DNA from: Pelagomonas calceolata
Taxonomy: Eukaryota
Assembly (NCBI GenBank): GCA_918797485.1
Contig: CAKKNE010000004.1
Span: 1,364,001-1,428,000 of the forward strand
DNA: 64,000 nucleotides
Direction of reading: 5' to 3'
The translations under genes were made by a program, and so were the position numbers. This document shows positions 50,886 through 60,641 of this stretch, piece by piece; within the stretch, counting starts at the first letter, position 1, and each line of letters opens with the position of its first letter. The notes beneath the pieces were generated by a model, which saw only the letters and a list, made by a program, of their open reading frames with translations, was not told where the DNA came from and searched no databases.

Positions 50886-52253
50886 TTAGTGGGGCGTCCA
50901 GTTGAAGGGCACGACGCGCGGCCGACCGCCACCCAAATCACACTTCTTCCCGACGAGCGGACCATAACTGGTAGGCGTCACCGAAAATTTTAAAGGACCG
51001 CGCTCGGCCTCCCTTAATAAAGCCACGTCCTCGTCGCAGAAGCGCACGTCGTTCGAGCCACTTTTGTAAAATTGGAAGGGCTCCCGGAAGTCTTTTGGAG
51101 ACGCTTTTATTGGAGCGTCCAGGTGCGCCGGCACGACCGTATCAAAATCCCACCCACAAACGCGGTCGACCCACGTTTTTAGGGAACCGTCGGCGACGCC
51201 CCTATTGAGGATGATCTGGATGATGGGAAGTAACGCCAATTTGCCCTTGTTTGAATACTGTTCGAAGCTCCTTTCCTCATCTTCCGCATTCCACGCAAAG
51301 GGCTGCCAGCCGCCCCAGCCGTATTCGTACGGTCTCAGAGCCTTCAACGGATTTAAACCGATGTCCGCTTGCACGCTACCAGGGATAAAGAAGTTGAATA
51401 ATAAAACAATGCGCCGCCAGCCCTTCCTCCTCATCTCAGGTGTGTCCTCGACGAGCTCCAAGGGCTCATCTCTAGCATGAAAAAGTAAAGCTCTTCTATA
51501 CTCCGGCTCCGCCACCAGTATTTGAGGCGGCTCCGCCGTGACCGCCAGAACCGCGTCACACACACATAACGTCTTCGATTTGACGTGGTACAAGGCCACG
51601 TCTTGAAAATAGGAGCCGGGGCCCGGCTTCACCGTCAAAACCTCGTGCGCAAAGCCCCCCGCCACGCTCCCGCTCCTCGGTAACGGTCGCGCCCAGCGCG
51701 GCAGCCCGAGGAACCGAGACGGGAGCGGCACGGGGAAGCTGTACTGCTGGTCGACCACATAAAACGTTGCGTCCGGGAACTTCCGCGCAAATGGTCCCGC
51801 GAGGACCTTGTGCTCGACAGCAACAGAAGGCAAAATTATTGTCTGGACCGGGCCGTATTGCTGAATCAACTCTTCTAGTAGTGATAGGCACTCCTTGGTC
51901 GGCGCGACGGGCGCGTAGACCATCAATCCATTCTCTCCTCTTAGTACCGTCATGCGGATCGGGACGTGGACGTAGTAGATCCCAATGATCTGATCAAACA
52001 CCCAGACGTCGTCCTTGATTTGCCTCCGTATGGTCTTCCTTCTGGAATAGGGCGCGACGGGCAGCGCCGGCCAGAGGTCGTAATTAGAGTCGGGGCCGAT
52101 GTCGGCGCGCGCGGCGCTCGGGATCGTTGTGAGTGAAAAGGCGGCGAGGGCCGCGCGTCGTGTCCCGGGCTTGGCGCGGCACACGATGCGGCGGGCGCGC
52201 CGCGGCGGGCCCCCGCGGAGCGCGGACGCCGCGGCGAGCACAACCAGGCGCAT
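50886..52253 (-). CDS. DUF4336-family protein, probably plastid-targeted
   Basis: WP.LP.APYSRRKTI, YVHVPIRMTV, YAPVAPT.EC, EHK and W.F..VPAH motifs. Confidence 0.85.
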   Translation of the reverse strand: MRLVVLAAASALRGGPPRRARRIVCRAKPGTRRAALAAFSLTTIPSAARADIGPDSNYDLWPALPVAPYSRRKTIRRQIKDDVWVFDQIIGIYYVHVPIRMTVLRGENGLMVYAPVAPTKECLSLLEELIQQYGPVQTIILPSVAVEHKVLAGPFARKFPDATFYVVDQQYSFPVPLPSRFLGLPRWARPLPRSGSVAGGFAHEVLTVKPGPGSYFQDVALYHVKSKTLCVCDAVLAVTAEPPQILVAEPEYRRALLFHARDEPLELVEDTPEMRRKGWRRIVLLFNFFIPGSVQADIGLNPLKALRPYEYGWGGWQPFAWNAEDEERSFEQYSNKGKLALLPIIQIILNRGVADGSLKTWVDRVCGWDFDTVVPAHLDAPIKASPKDFREPFQFYKSGSNDVRFCDEDVALLREAERGPLKFSVTPTSYGPLVGKKCDLGGGRPRVVPFNWTPH

Positions 52254-52272
52254 TGCTGCACGCGTCCGAGTC

Positions 52273-52479
52273 ATGTGGGGCGACCGGCTGCGTTAAATGT
52301 AGCAATGCTGCGGGTGCGACGTCGTGCCACTGCAACAAGTTTGGCTCCGTTTTATGGCGTCGACGGCGCTCGCGTGCACCGAGAGCCGTCAGCGTCGCAG
52401 TATGTGGTGCGAACGGCTGCGTTAAACGTAGCAATGCTGCCTTGGGTGCGACGTCGTGCCACTGCAACAACAAGTTTGG
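52273..52479 (+). repeat. Direct repeat, ~72-78 bp x2 (52273-52344 and 52402-52479)
   Basis: CGGCTGCGTTAAAYGTAGCAATGCTGC..GGGTGCGACGTCGTGCCACTGCAACAA..GTTTGG present twice. Confidence 0.9.
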
Positions 52480-52636
52480 GAGAGCATTTGCCCTCTGAGC
52501 TCTAAGCTCCCTCTCCCTGACTGCAGCAGTCGTGACGACGGCGCGCCTTCACCAAGGACGCCAGCAGCCACGCACGACCGGACTCCTGCTCTAAAAAGCA
52601 AAAACCACGCGCCGGCCGGCGGCGGCAGCCACGGAC

Positions 52637-53443
52637 ATGCACCAGTCCAGGCTCATATGGCTCGTCGTCGCGCGCGCCGGGGCCTGGGCACCAGCACCGC
52701 CGACGAGGCGCCGGCTGGCAGCATGCCAGGCCGAGGCGGGCCTCGATGCCGCGTCGCCGATGCGGCGCGGCCTCGTCGGCGGCGCCTTCGCGGCGACGCT
52801 CGTCGAACCGGCCCGCGCCGACGACGCCTTCCCCGGCACGGCCGAGGACCGCCGCCGGGCCGTCGCGGCGCGGATCAAGGAGTTGGGCGTGCGCGCCTTC
52901 GCGGAGCCGTGGCCGGAGACGCGCCGGAACCTATTATATGCGGGCGGCCTGAAGGACGCGCCGCCGACGCGGCTCGCGTTCAGCGACTACAACCACTGCG
53001 ACCTGACGTGCATGGCGCCGGCGGTGATGGACGAGTCGAACGCGGACGGCGCCGTCGCCGGCGTGTCGACGTCCAACAAGCTCGGCGATTCAATAAGAGC
53101 GAACAGCCTCGCGGACCTCGGGCCGGGCGGCAGCTGGGCCACCTGCATGATCGGCTGCGCGTCGGAGCCGCCGCGGGACGTCGCGCACGTCCAGTTCAAA
53201 TCGCGCATCGCGTTCAAGTTGGTTTGGACGCCGGGCGCCCAGGACTCCTTCCGGCGCTTCGTCCTCGTCGACGACGAGGGCGTCCTGCTCGCGTCGGGCG
53301 CGCCGACGGGCAACGACCTCCCCCCCCTGGCCGAGCGCAAGAAAAACTTCGCGCTCGTTGAGGGGTCGAAGTACGCGCGCGCCGCGACGATCTTCCGCTG
53401 GCCCGACGTCTACGACCCGACGTTCACGGTCGAGGAGAAGTAG
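52637..53443 (+). CDS. Conserved-looking algal hypothetical protein, plastid/lumen-type leader
   Basis: Signal peptide, RR..ARA lumen-like motif; DYNHCDLT, GPGGSW.TC..GC and HVQF.SRIAFKLVW motifs. Confidence 0.7.
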   Translation: MHQSRLIWLVVARAGAWAPAPPTRRRLAACQAEAGLDAASPMRRGLVGGAFAATLVEPARADDAFPGTAEDRRRAVAARIKELGVRAFAEPWPETRRNLLYAGGLKDAPPTRLAFSDYNHCDLTCMAPAVMDESNADGAVAGVSTSNKLGDSIRANSLADLGPGGSWATCMIGCASEPPRDVAHVQFKSRIAFKLVWTPGAQDSFRRFVLVDDEGVLLASGAPTGNDLPPLAERKKNFALVEGSKYARAATIFRWPDVYDPTFTVEEK

Positions 53444-53535
53444 GCCGCGCGTTTGTAATTGTGTTTTCTTTCTCCTGGTAGTGCTCCTCCGTCCGCCGTC
53501 CGTAAAGCCCCCTGGAGACCCTAAGATAGCATAAA

Positions 53536-55026
53536 TTAGCGGTACCCCCCCAGCCCGTCGTCGCCCCCGGCCCACAGCTTGAACGTCCGGTCGTAGCCGG
53601 ACGTCGCCAGCACGCCGTCATCGAGATTGGGCCCGAAGTCGCACGCCATGCACTTGCCGTCGTGCGCCTTGAGATCCGTCAGCAACGACCAGTCGCGGTG
53701 GCGCCACACCCTGCAATTCCCGTCGAAGCCGGCCGTGACGAGCGCCTCGCCCGACGCCGGCGCCCACCGCACGTCCGCAATGAGTGACGAGTGCGCCGGC
53801 AGCACGTACGCCTCGCACCGCCGCCGCAGATCCCACGCCCGGGCCGTGTGGTCGTCGGACCCCGAGGCGACGTGGAACCCGTCCCGGTGCCAGTCCAAAC
53901 AGAGGACCTTGCCCGAGTGGCCCTGGAAGTGGTGGATGCGTTTGCCGCTCCGCACGTCCCAGACCGCGATCAGACCGGCGAAGTCGCCCGTGCACACCAA
54001 CGACCCGTCCGGCTGCCACGCGACCCCGTAAACCTCGGTCCCGTGGCCGTCCTGCAGCAGCAATTCCACGCCCGTCTCAATATCCCAGAGCCGCCAGGTA
54101 TGATCAAAAGACGTCGTGGCGACGTGCCGCCCGACGGGGTGCACGGCGACGCCGCCCAACCGCGCGCGGTGGCCCCGCAGCCGCGCGCGGGGCGCGTCGT
54201 CCTTCAGATCCCAGACGCAGGCCTCGCCGTCCGCGCCGCACGTCGCGATGAACGACGAGTCGGGCGCCCAGCTCACGCCCGTGCATCTATCAGAATGCGC
54301 CTTGACGCTTTTTATGCACTCGCACTTGGACGCGTCCCAGATTTTCACGGCCCCGGACCAGCCGCCCGTGCACACTAAATTCTGCGTCGGCGCGCTGCGC
54401 ACCGACGCCACGGGCCGCGCGTCCGCGGCCTGGGACTGGGCCAGGGCGAGCGACCGTAATTTCGCGAAGGTCCCGGCGGCGGCCTCGTTGAGCGCGTCGA
54501 CGGCCGCGGCGTCGTCTCGGTGGAGACGCTGCTCCGCCAGGCGCCGGCGCGCGCGGTCGAACGTGCCGGGCGCGAGGGCCCGCCGCGCCCCCACGAGCTC
54601 GCGCGACGCGGCCGAGTAGACCTCCTCCTTCCCGCGTCTCACCGAAGCCGCCCGCGGCTGCAGCTCCTCCACGCTGGGCTGCGCCAGCAGCGCCGCGACG
54701 AGCTCCCGGTCCTCGCCCTCGATCTCGACGCGCGCGAGCGCCGAACGCAGCCGCTCGCGCACGTCGGCGGCGCTCTCGCCGAAGAGCCGGACGGGGTGCC
54801 CCAGCTTCCGCAGCATCGCTCTTACTTCATTGTCGCCCGTGGGCACGACGATGCGCCGCGCGCGCTTCTCGGCGTCGACGCGGCGCAGCAGCGCGGCGTG
54901 CCGCGCCTGGTCCTGGCGCGACGTCTCGTTGAGGTCCGCGTACGCCGCCGGGGCGTCGCCGCCGGCGGCCACGTAGTTGCCGCTGCGCATGGCCGCGGCC
55001 ACGGCGGAGCCGTAGGAGGCGGCCAT
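53536..55026 (-). CDS. PRPF4: U4/U6 snRNP WD40 protein Prp4
   Basis: PRP4 motif VPT.D.EVR..LR.LG.PV.LFGE....RERL, followed by 7 WD40 repeats (TSFDHTWRLWD..ELLLQDGH). Confidence 0.92.
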   Translation of the reverse strand: MAASYGSAVAAAMRSGNYVAAGGDAPAAYADLNETSRQDQARHAALLRRVDAEKRARRIVVPTGDNEVRAMLRKLGHPVRLFGESAADVRERLRSALARVEIEGEDRELVAALLAQPSVEELQPRAASVRRGKEEVYSAASRELVGARRALAPGTFDRARRRLAEQRLHRDDAAAVDALNEAAAGTFAKLRSLALAQSQAADARPVASVRSAPTQNLVCTGGWSGAVKIWDASKCECIKSVKAHSDRCTGVSWAPDSSFIATCGADGEACVWDLKDDAPRARLRGHRARLGGVAVHPVGRHVATTSFDHTWRLWDIETGVELLLQDGHGTEVYGVAWQPDGSLVCTGDFAGLIAVWDVRSGKRIHHFQGHSGKVLCLDWHRDGFHVASGSDDHTARAWDLRRRCEAYVLPAHSSLIADVRWAPASGEALVTAGFDGNCRVWRHRDWSLLTDLKAHDGKCMACDFGPNLDDGVLATSGYDRTFKLWAGGDDGLGGYR

Positions 55027-55225
55027 TGGCTCCCTGGGAATTGGTTGAAGGTACGTGTAGCGCGCCCGGCCCCGGCGCAGCGCACGGCCGGGAGCTTCGA
55101 TCCGCTGCCTGCCTATGCTCTGCAGGGCGGTGCGCTGCGTTTTAGCTTGTATTTTGGTGAGGCGTCGAGGCTAGTGCCTTAAGCCGCTAGCTGTCCTTCC
55201 CGTGCAAAACTCACTAGGGCTTGTG

Positions 55226-55253
55226 TGACCCGTACCGTTAACGGTACGGGTCA
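55226..55253. repeat. Perfect 28-bp palindrome TGACCCGTACCGTTAACGGTACGGGTCA
   Basis: Direct inspection. Confidence 0.95.
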
Positions 55254-55640
55254 AGTTGTACTTCATATCCAACTTGTGGGCTTTTTCAGGTACTGCCCGT
55301 TCACGAGCCGGGCGCGCCTATCAACCGGCGCGTTACCCCGCTTGCGCTCGGCCTCAGCGTAGGCCAGTACGTGGCCCGACGCGTAATGCTCGGTCGTCGC
55401 CGCGACGGTTATATAACTACAAGAAACGCGCGGCAAGGACGACCGGGCCGGCGGCTTCCTGATGAGTACACGGGCATAATCATTTATATCAATAGCTATA
55501 GTTGGCGCTCGGGGATTCACTTCCTCCCAAGAAACTGGCTAATAACTACAAGATACTACGGTACATTACAAACCTCGACAGCGTTTAGCTCAGCCTAAAC
55601 CTCTGCCCTAGCCAGCGCAGCCCGACGGAACACGAACACA

Positions 55641-56441
55641 ATGGAGGAGACCGATGAAAAAAAAGCGCAGCTGACCGCCTACTACGACAAAGAGATGGGC
55701 GAGCTCAAGGGCGCGCGGGAGGAGTACGCGGCGGTCATGGGTGGCGCGAACCCCACGTTCGAGGACCTCCAGCGCTTCGTCAAGTTCAAGAAGCAGACGC
55801 TCGCCGCCGGGCGGTTCGAGCTGGGCATCCGCGACCTGACCATGCAGTTCGAGAAGCCGGTGATGGGGAGCTTTCCCTACGAGCAGTGGGACGACCGGAA
55901 GGCCTGCTGCGTCTGCCCGCCCTGCGCCATGTGCCCGGGCTACTGCACGTTCCCGTACGAGCTGCCGCTCTGCTGGCCGGCGACGATCTGCTGCCCGTTC
56001 CTGAAGAAGCGGTGCGGGAACAACCCGTGCTGCCTCGTCACGAACCTGTGCAAGCCGCTCAACCCGGTGTGCGCCCGGCCGTGCTTCATCGCCCACCCGT
56101 CCAACTGCTGCAAGTGCCCCTGCAAATGCCCCGACTGCTGCTGCTGCTGCCGCTGCGAGACGGTCGGCTGCGAACTCGGACCGTGCTGCCACTTCACCTG
56201 CACCTGCATGCCGGCGCAGGGGAACCCCCTGCTCCTCCTCGCTTTCCCCTTCTTATTCTGTTGCCAGAAGGAGAACATCACCGACCAGCTCAAGATCACG
56301 CGCCCCGAGGCGGGCGCGAAGGTCCAGACCGAGGGCGGCGCGCCGCACGCGGCCGAGACCGAGCCCGCCGCCATCGCCGACGCCGTCGCGGCCGAGACGA
56401 TGGGCGAGCGCGGAGCCGTCGAGCTCGCCGACGCCGAGTGA
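55641..56441 (+). CDS. Cysteine-rich hypothetical protein
   Basis: GC3-rich ORF with a central C/P-dense block (CC, CxC, CCCCC). Confidence 0.75.
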   Translation: MEETDEKKAQLTAYYDKEMGELKGAREEYAAVMGGANPTFEDLQRFVKFKKQTLAAGRFELGIRDLTMQFEKPVMGSFPYEQWDDRKACCVCPPCAMCPGYCTFPYELPLCWPATICCPFLKKRCGNNPCCLVTNLCKPLNPVCARPCFIAHPSNCCKCPCKCPDCCCCCRCETVGCELGPCCHFTCTCMPAQGNPLLLLAFPFLFCCQKENITDQLKITRPEAGAKVQTEGGAPHAAETEPAAIADAVAAETMGERGAVELADAE

Positions 56442-56835
56442 GGCCCGCCACGCATTCGAATTTCCCGTGGGAGGCCCTTCCTTGCGGGAATTCGTACCCT
56501 CCCCGGTTCCCATATCACTTCCTCGGACGTGCCCCAGCCGCCCGAGCTTCCTCATATGAATATCCCGTCGCGCCCAGGCTTCAAGTCGCCCAGGCGCGGT
56601 CGACGTCGCGTCATTCCCGTCCGCGTTCCCTAGAATTGCTCCCCCAACCCCGTTCGTAACTGCTACTTCGAGACCTTGACCACAACATGGGGACTCGGGC
56701 GGAGGGCGGCTACCGAGTCTAGTATGATCTACTAGTGCTAGACATTACCGGCGGGCCACACTTCGAGTTCCCCCGTACCCTCCTACCCACGCATTCAATA
56801 GCGCAGGTAAGTACCAGCAGCTTCCCAGCAGCCAG

Positions 56836-58104
56836 CTAGGCCGGGCCGACCTTGCCGCGGCGCGCGTCGCGCGCGGCGGCCATCTCCTTGCCCGTCGCGG
56901 GCCGGACCGTCTCGCCGGCGCGGTTGTAGTTGGTGGGCTTGAGCGAGAGGATGAGCGAGTACATCATCGGGAGCTTCAGGACCATCCAGGGGAAGGAAAG
57001 CATGCCGTAGAGCACCTTGACGTGGAAGAGCTGCGCGTTCTGCACCCAGTCCGTGCCCCCCGGCTGGGCGTAGATGAAGGCTACGAGGGCCAGGCAGCCC
57101 GCGGCGACGACGAGGTCGTAGCACATCCAGTACCACACGCGGCCGCCCTTGCGCGCCACCGACGCGAGCTCGCCCCGGACCGGTTCGTAGTGGTAGCCGC
57201 CCTTGACCGCCGACCAGGGCAGCAGGCCGAGCGCGACCCAGCAGAGCAGGACGCGGGCGAAGAAGAGCCACAGCGTCTCGCGGAACGCCGGCTCGGAGCC
57301 CGGCGCGCCGTCGGAGCAGTCGGGGATGCAGCTCGCGTACAGCGTGGCCCCGACGACCATCGCCTGGACGCACGCCGTCGTGAACTGCGACGCCTTGAAG
57401 GACACGACGAAGTCCACCAGCTGGAACTCGTCGACCGGGCTCTCGGACCACTTGAACGCGAGCACGACGAACCACCAGGCCGTCGTCACGCCCCAGAGCG
57501 GGAACGCGCCGAGAGCCTGCGTGTAGAACCACCACCAGGGGTCCTTGACGCAGGCCCAGATCGTCTTGTCGTGCGGGAACATGTGGTAGAGCACGTGCGC
57601 GCGGACCCTCGCCGGGAAGTTCGGGCAGCACGGCGGGGCCGGCGCCGTCATCTTCGCCGCGTCGTCGACCTTCTTGCGGAACGCGGCCGTGGCGCTCTCC
57701 AGGATCATGTCCCGCACCTCGGGCATGAAGCCGTCGACGACGGCCTCGGCCACCCTCCGCACGGGCCGGGGCATGTCGGGGTCGACGACGGCGGCCTTGG
57801 CCATGGCGGCGATCTTCTCGCACGCGAGGTCGACGCCTTTGGACGCCACGGCCACGCCCTTGGCCCGCACGGTCTCCTCGGCCTCGCCCGCCGCCCGCGC
57901 GGCGGCGCCCGTCACCGCGCCCGCGGCGCCCGCCGCCGCCGCCTTGGCCCCGGCGACGCGCTCCTCGCCCGCCACCTTCGTCGCGGCGGCCCCGGCCGAC
58001 GACGCGGCCTGGTTCGCCGCCGCGCTCGCGGCCCCGGCGGCCTGGCTCGCCGTCTCTTTGGCCTTGGAGAAGAGTCCTTCGCCCTTCCCTTCGCCTCTCC
58101 CCAT
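56836..58104 (-). CDS. Multi-pass membrane protein with Ala-rich (LEA-like) N-terminus
   Basis: Strong codon bias; several hydrophobic helices; DEFQLVDFVVSFKASQF. Confidence 0.75.
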   Translation of the reverse strand: MGRGEGKGEGLFSKAKETASQAAGAASAAANQAASSAGAAATKVAGEERVAGAKAAAAGAAGAVTGAAARAAGEAEETVRAKGVAVASKGVDLACEKIAAMAKAAVVDPDMPRPVRRVAEAVVDGFMPEVRDMILESATAAFRKKVDDAAKMTAPAPPCCPNFPARVRAHVLYHMFPHDKTIWACVKDPWWWFYTQALGAFPLWGVTTAWWFVVLAFKWSESPVDEFQLVDFVVSFKASQFTTACVQAMVVGATLYASCIPDCSDGAPGSEPAFRETLWLFFARVLLCWVALGLLPWSAVKGGYHYEPVRGELASVARKGGRVWYWMCYDLVVAAGCLALVAFIYAQPGGTDWVQNAQLFHVKVLYGMLSFPWMVLKLPMMYSLILSLKPTNYNRAGETVRPATGKEMAAARDARRGKVGPA

Positions 58105-58517
58105 GGTCTACACGCCCGACCTGAGAGGTGCTTCCTGTCACCGGACGCGTACGGCAGCTTTAGAGTTGGGCAGCTCCAACGGTACGCGGGCAGCCTGACA
58201 GCATCTGCTCTTGTGTCAATCACGAGCTTGTAATTGGTGTACCCAAGAAGCGCTTGTATGAATTATACCGGTATACCTACGGTACTAGGCATCGATATCG
58301 GTCGCGGCGGAGGCTTGAAGCATCTCCATCGCAGTCAACCCTAGATATGCCGTACCGGTACCTTACCACACGGTACCGCATACAACCCGATTCTTGACCG
58401 GGGATGCCGCAGAGCTCGCGCGGCGCGAGCGCCCAGCGAGTCGACGACCACCCACCACGACAGCCTGGGACCGGGTCAACCGCGCGAGGTGCAGCCGAGT
58501 CGAAAGGTATTAGGCGC

Positions 58518-59768
58518 CTAGGGCGCGTTCTTCCGCAGGCCCAGGACGAAGTTGTACCTGTCCGAGGTCCACTGCTTGCAGCGGTCGGGCCCGACGTGCT
58601 TCGTCTCCTCGGAGTAGTTGAAGTCGAGCGCGCCGTCCTCGTAGAAGGTCTTGGAGGCGTCCGTCGCGTGCCGGACCAGCTTGATCGCGTTCTGGTCGAA
58701 GTAGCGCCCGTTGTCGACCTTCAGCGGGTACTCCTCGCCCAACACGTCCGCGACGAGGAAGCGGCCGCGGCGGTGGAACTTGGGCGCGTAGCCGCGCAGG
58801 TCGCCCCGGTCGCCCGCCACCTCGGCGGGCCGGCCGAAGCCCAGCGTGAGGACCGCCCAGCTCTTGCTCTGGACGACGGGTTGCCTGGCCGTGACGACGA
58901 CGCCCAGGCCCTTGCCCGTGACCAGTCTTTCGGGCGTCGCCCCGTCCTGGGGAAAAACGACGAACTGGATCTGGCGCGGGTCGTCGGGCTTGACCAGGAC
59001 CAGGGGTTCCGAGCCCTGCGCCATCGCGGTCCGCAGGCCGCCGCCGAAGATCTCCCTGACGGACTCGGGCGCGTCGTCGCCCGGGTTGTCCCTTAATTCT
59101 ATCTCCTTGTCCGAGACCAGCTGCTTGAGCGTGGCCATGGCCTGCTCCACGACGTAGGAAGGAAGGTCGAGCTCGATGGGCTTCACCCCGCACTTCGTCG
59201 CGGCCGCGTTGTAGGCCTCCGTCGCGCCGCCCCAGACTTTGGTCAACGTGTGCGTCGCGAGGACCGCGGCGACGGTCGCCGTGACCCCGTCCGTGAGGGC
59301 GCCGTCGGTCTGCCCGGCCAGGTACTCCGTGAAGCTCCCGGGCGCGCCCTGGACCAGGTCGACGGCCGCGTCCACCCCGATGCCGTCCACGGCCGCCCGG
59401 TACGCCGCGGCGACGGCGGGGTCCTTCCCGACGGTCGACGCGGCGTCCACGAAGGCCTTCTCGACGCTCTCGACGCCCGCGGCGACGGGCTTCGCGAGGG
59501 TCTTCCCGACCATGGGCACCTTCTCGATCTGTCTTTGTAAATTCTCGAACTTGCCCTTCATGGGGCAGGGGATGCGGTTCGCAGCCTCCTCCCAGGTCTC
59601 CGGCCGCGACGCGCGCGCGAGCCCCGTCGTCGCGGCCAGGGCCAGACAGTCCTTCATCGCGGCGGCCGCCTTCTTGGCCTGCTCCTCGGGGGTCAGGGCC
59701 AGCATGGCGTGGACGCGCGCGAGCTCCTCGGGGCTCATGGCGTTGTCCGCCGAGGCGCCGGCACCCAT
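58518..59768 (-). CDS. N-myristoylation-motif protein with a DUF4197-like domain and a C-terminal beta-rich domain
   Basis: MGAGAS start; RIP.P, DA..LV.G...SFTEYL...T, DL.SYV.EQA and E..LR.NP..REIFG follow the DUF4197 pattern. Confidence 0.7.
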   Translation of the reverse strand: MGAGASADNAMSPEELARVHAMLALTPEEQAKKAAAAMKDCLALAATTGLARASRPETWEEAANRIPCPMKGKFENLQRQIEKVPMVGKTLAKPVAAGVESVEKAFVDAASTVGKDPAVAAAYRAAVDGIGVDAAVDLVQGAPGSFTEYLAGQTDGALTDGVTATVAAVLATHTLTKVWGGATEAYNAAATKCGVKPIELDLPSYVVEQAMATLKQLVSDKEIELRDNPGDDAPESVREIFGGGLRTAMAQGSEPLVLVKPDDPRQIQFVVFPQDGATPERLVTGKGLGVVVTARQPVVQSKSWAVLTLGFGRPAEVAGDRGDLRGYAPKFHRRGRFLVADVLGEEYPLKVDNGRYFDQNAIKLVRHATDASKTFYEDGALDFNYSEETKHVGPDRCKQWTSDRYNFVLGLRKNAP

Positions 59769-60056
59769 GGCTGCTCTCTTGTCTGTAGAGGCAGCACTTT
59801 TTTTTTCGGTTGCGAGTGTCGGGGGGCAGCCTGTGCTGCTCCTGCTCCTGCTCCTGCTCCCGGAGTGTGGCGCTGGAGCGCAGCGCACTGGAAGAGGTGT
59901 CGGGACGCTAGTGGCTTTTCCTCGGTGGGCGGCGGAGTAGTACGCGGGAGGGCCCGCGCGGGTCTCGCCGGCCCCAGGCCTCGGGCGTGGTCAAACCCGA
60001 CCCCCGTTGTGGGGCAGCCAAAAAAAGTGCTGCCGGCATCCCTCTTGTCGTGCACC

Positions 60057-60587
60057 ATGGCCGTCGCGGAACCGCGACTGACGGATTATATCATCGGCAC
60101 GATGAAGCTGACCCGGCGCGAGGGCGACTACGACGCGTTCCTGGCCCTCCGGGGCGTGCCGTACCCGGTGCGGCTGGTCCTGCAGAACCTGGTGGGGTCG
60201 ACGCGGCGCTTCGCGTCGGAAATGAAGCATGGCGTGCTCTGGCTGACGGAGACGGAGCTGGGGACCTTCCGCGACACGGCGAAGGCGCCGGTGCCCCTCG
60301 ACGGCGCGGCGCGGCGCCCCGCCGTCTCCGCGGGAGCTATGCGACGGGTCGCGTCGCGCGCAGGCAAGACGTGGGTCCGCGACGTGAACCCGGCGGGCGT
60401 GCCCGTCCGGCGGCGGTGGGCCGAGGCCGGCGGGAGTCTGGTCTGCGAGGAGCGCGAGCTCGAGCACGAGGACCGGGTCACGCGCGTCGAGGTCGCGCGC
60501 GAGGGCGGCCTCGTCGCGGTGACGGTGACGGACCAGGCGACGGGGACGTCGTTCCGGGAGCTGTTCGCGAAGTGCGGCGGGCGGTGA
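60057..60587 (+). CDS. Fatty-acid-binding protein/lipocalin-like; probable in-frame GC-AG intron 60304-60363
   Basis: GTMKLTRREGDYDAFLALRGVPYPVR resembles the FABP N-terminus; C-terminal beta strands ending RELFAK. Confidence 0.6.
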   Translation: MAVAEPRLTDYIIGTMKLTRREGDYDAFLALRGVPYPVRLVLQNLVGSTRRFASEMKHGVLWLTETELGTFRDTAKAPVPLDGAARRPAVSAGAMRRVASRAGKTWVRDVNPAGVPVRRRWAEAGGSLVCEERELEHEDRVTRVEVAREGGLVAVTVTDQATGTSFRELFAKCGGR

Positions 60588-60641
60588 GGGGCCCGCGGCC
60601 CGCCGGGACCTAACTTAGTATAGAGCTTGTGGCTTTGGATA

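Noticed and set aside
55420..55470. Hammerhead ribozyme (GAAAC .. CTGATGAG)
   Set aside because: The required stems I-III and NUH site cannot be formed.
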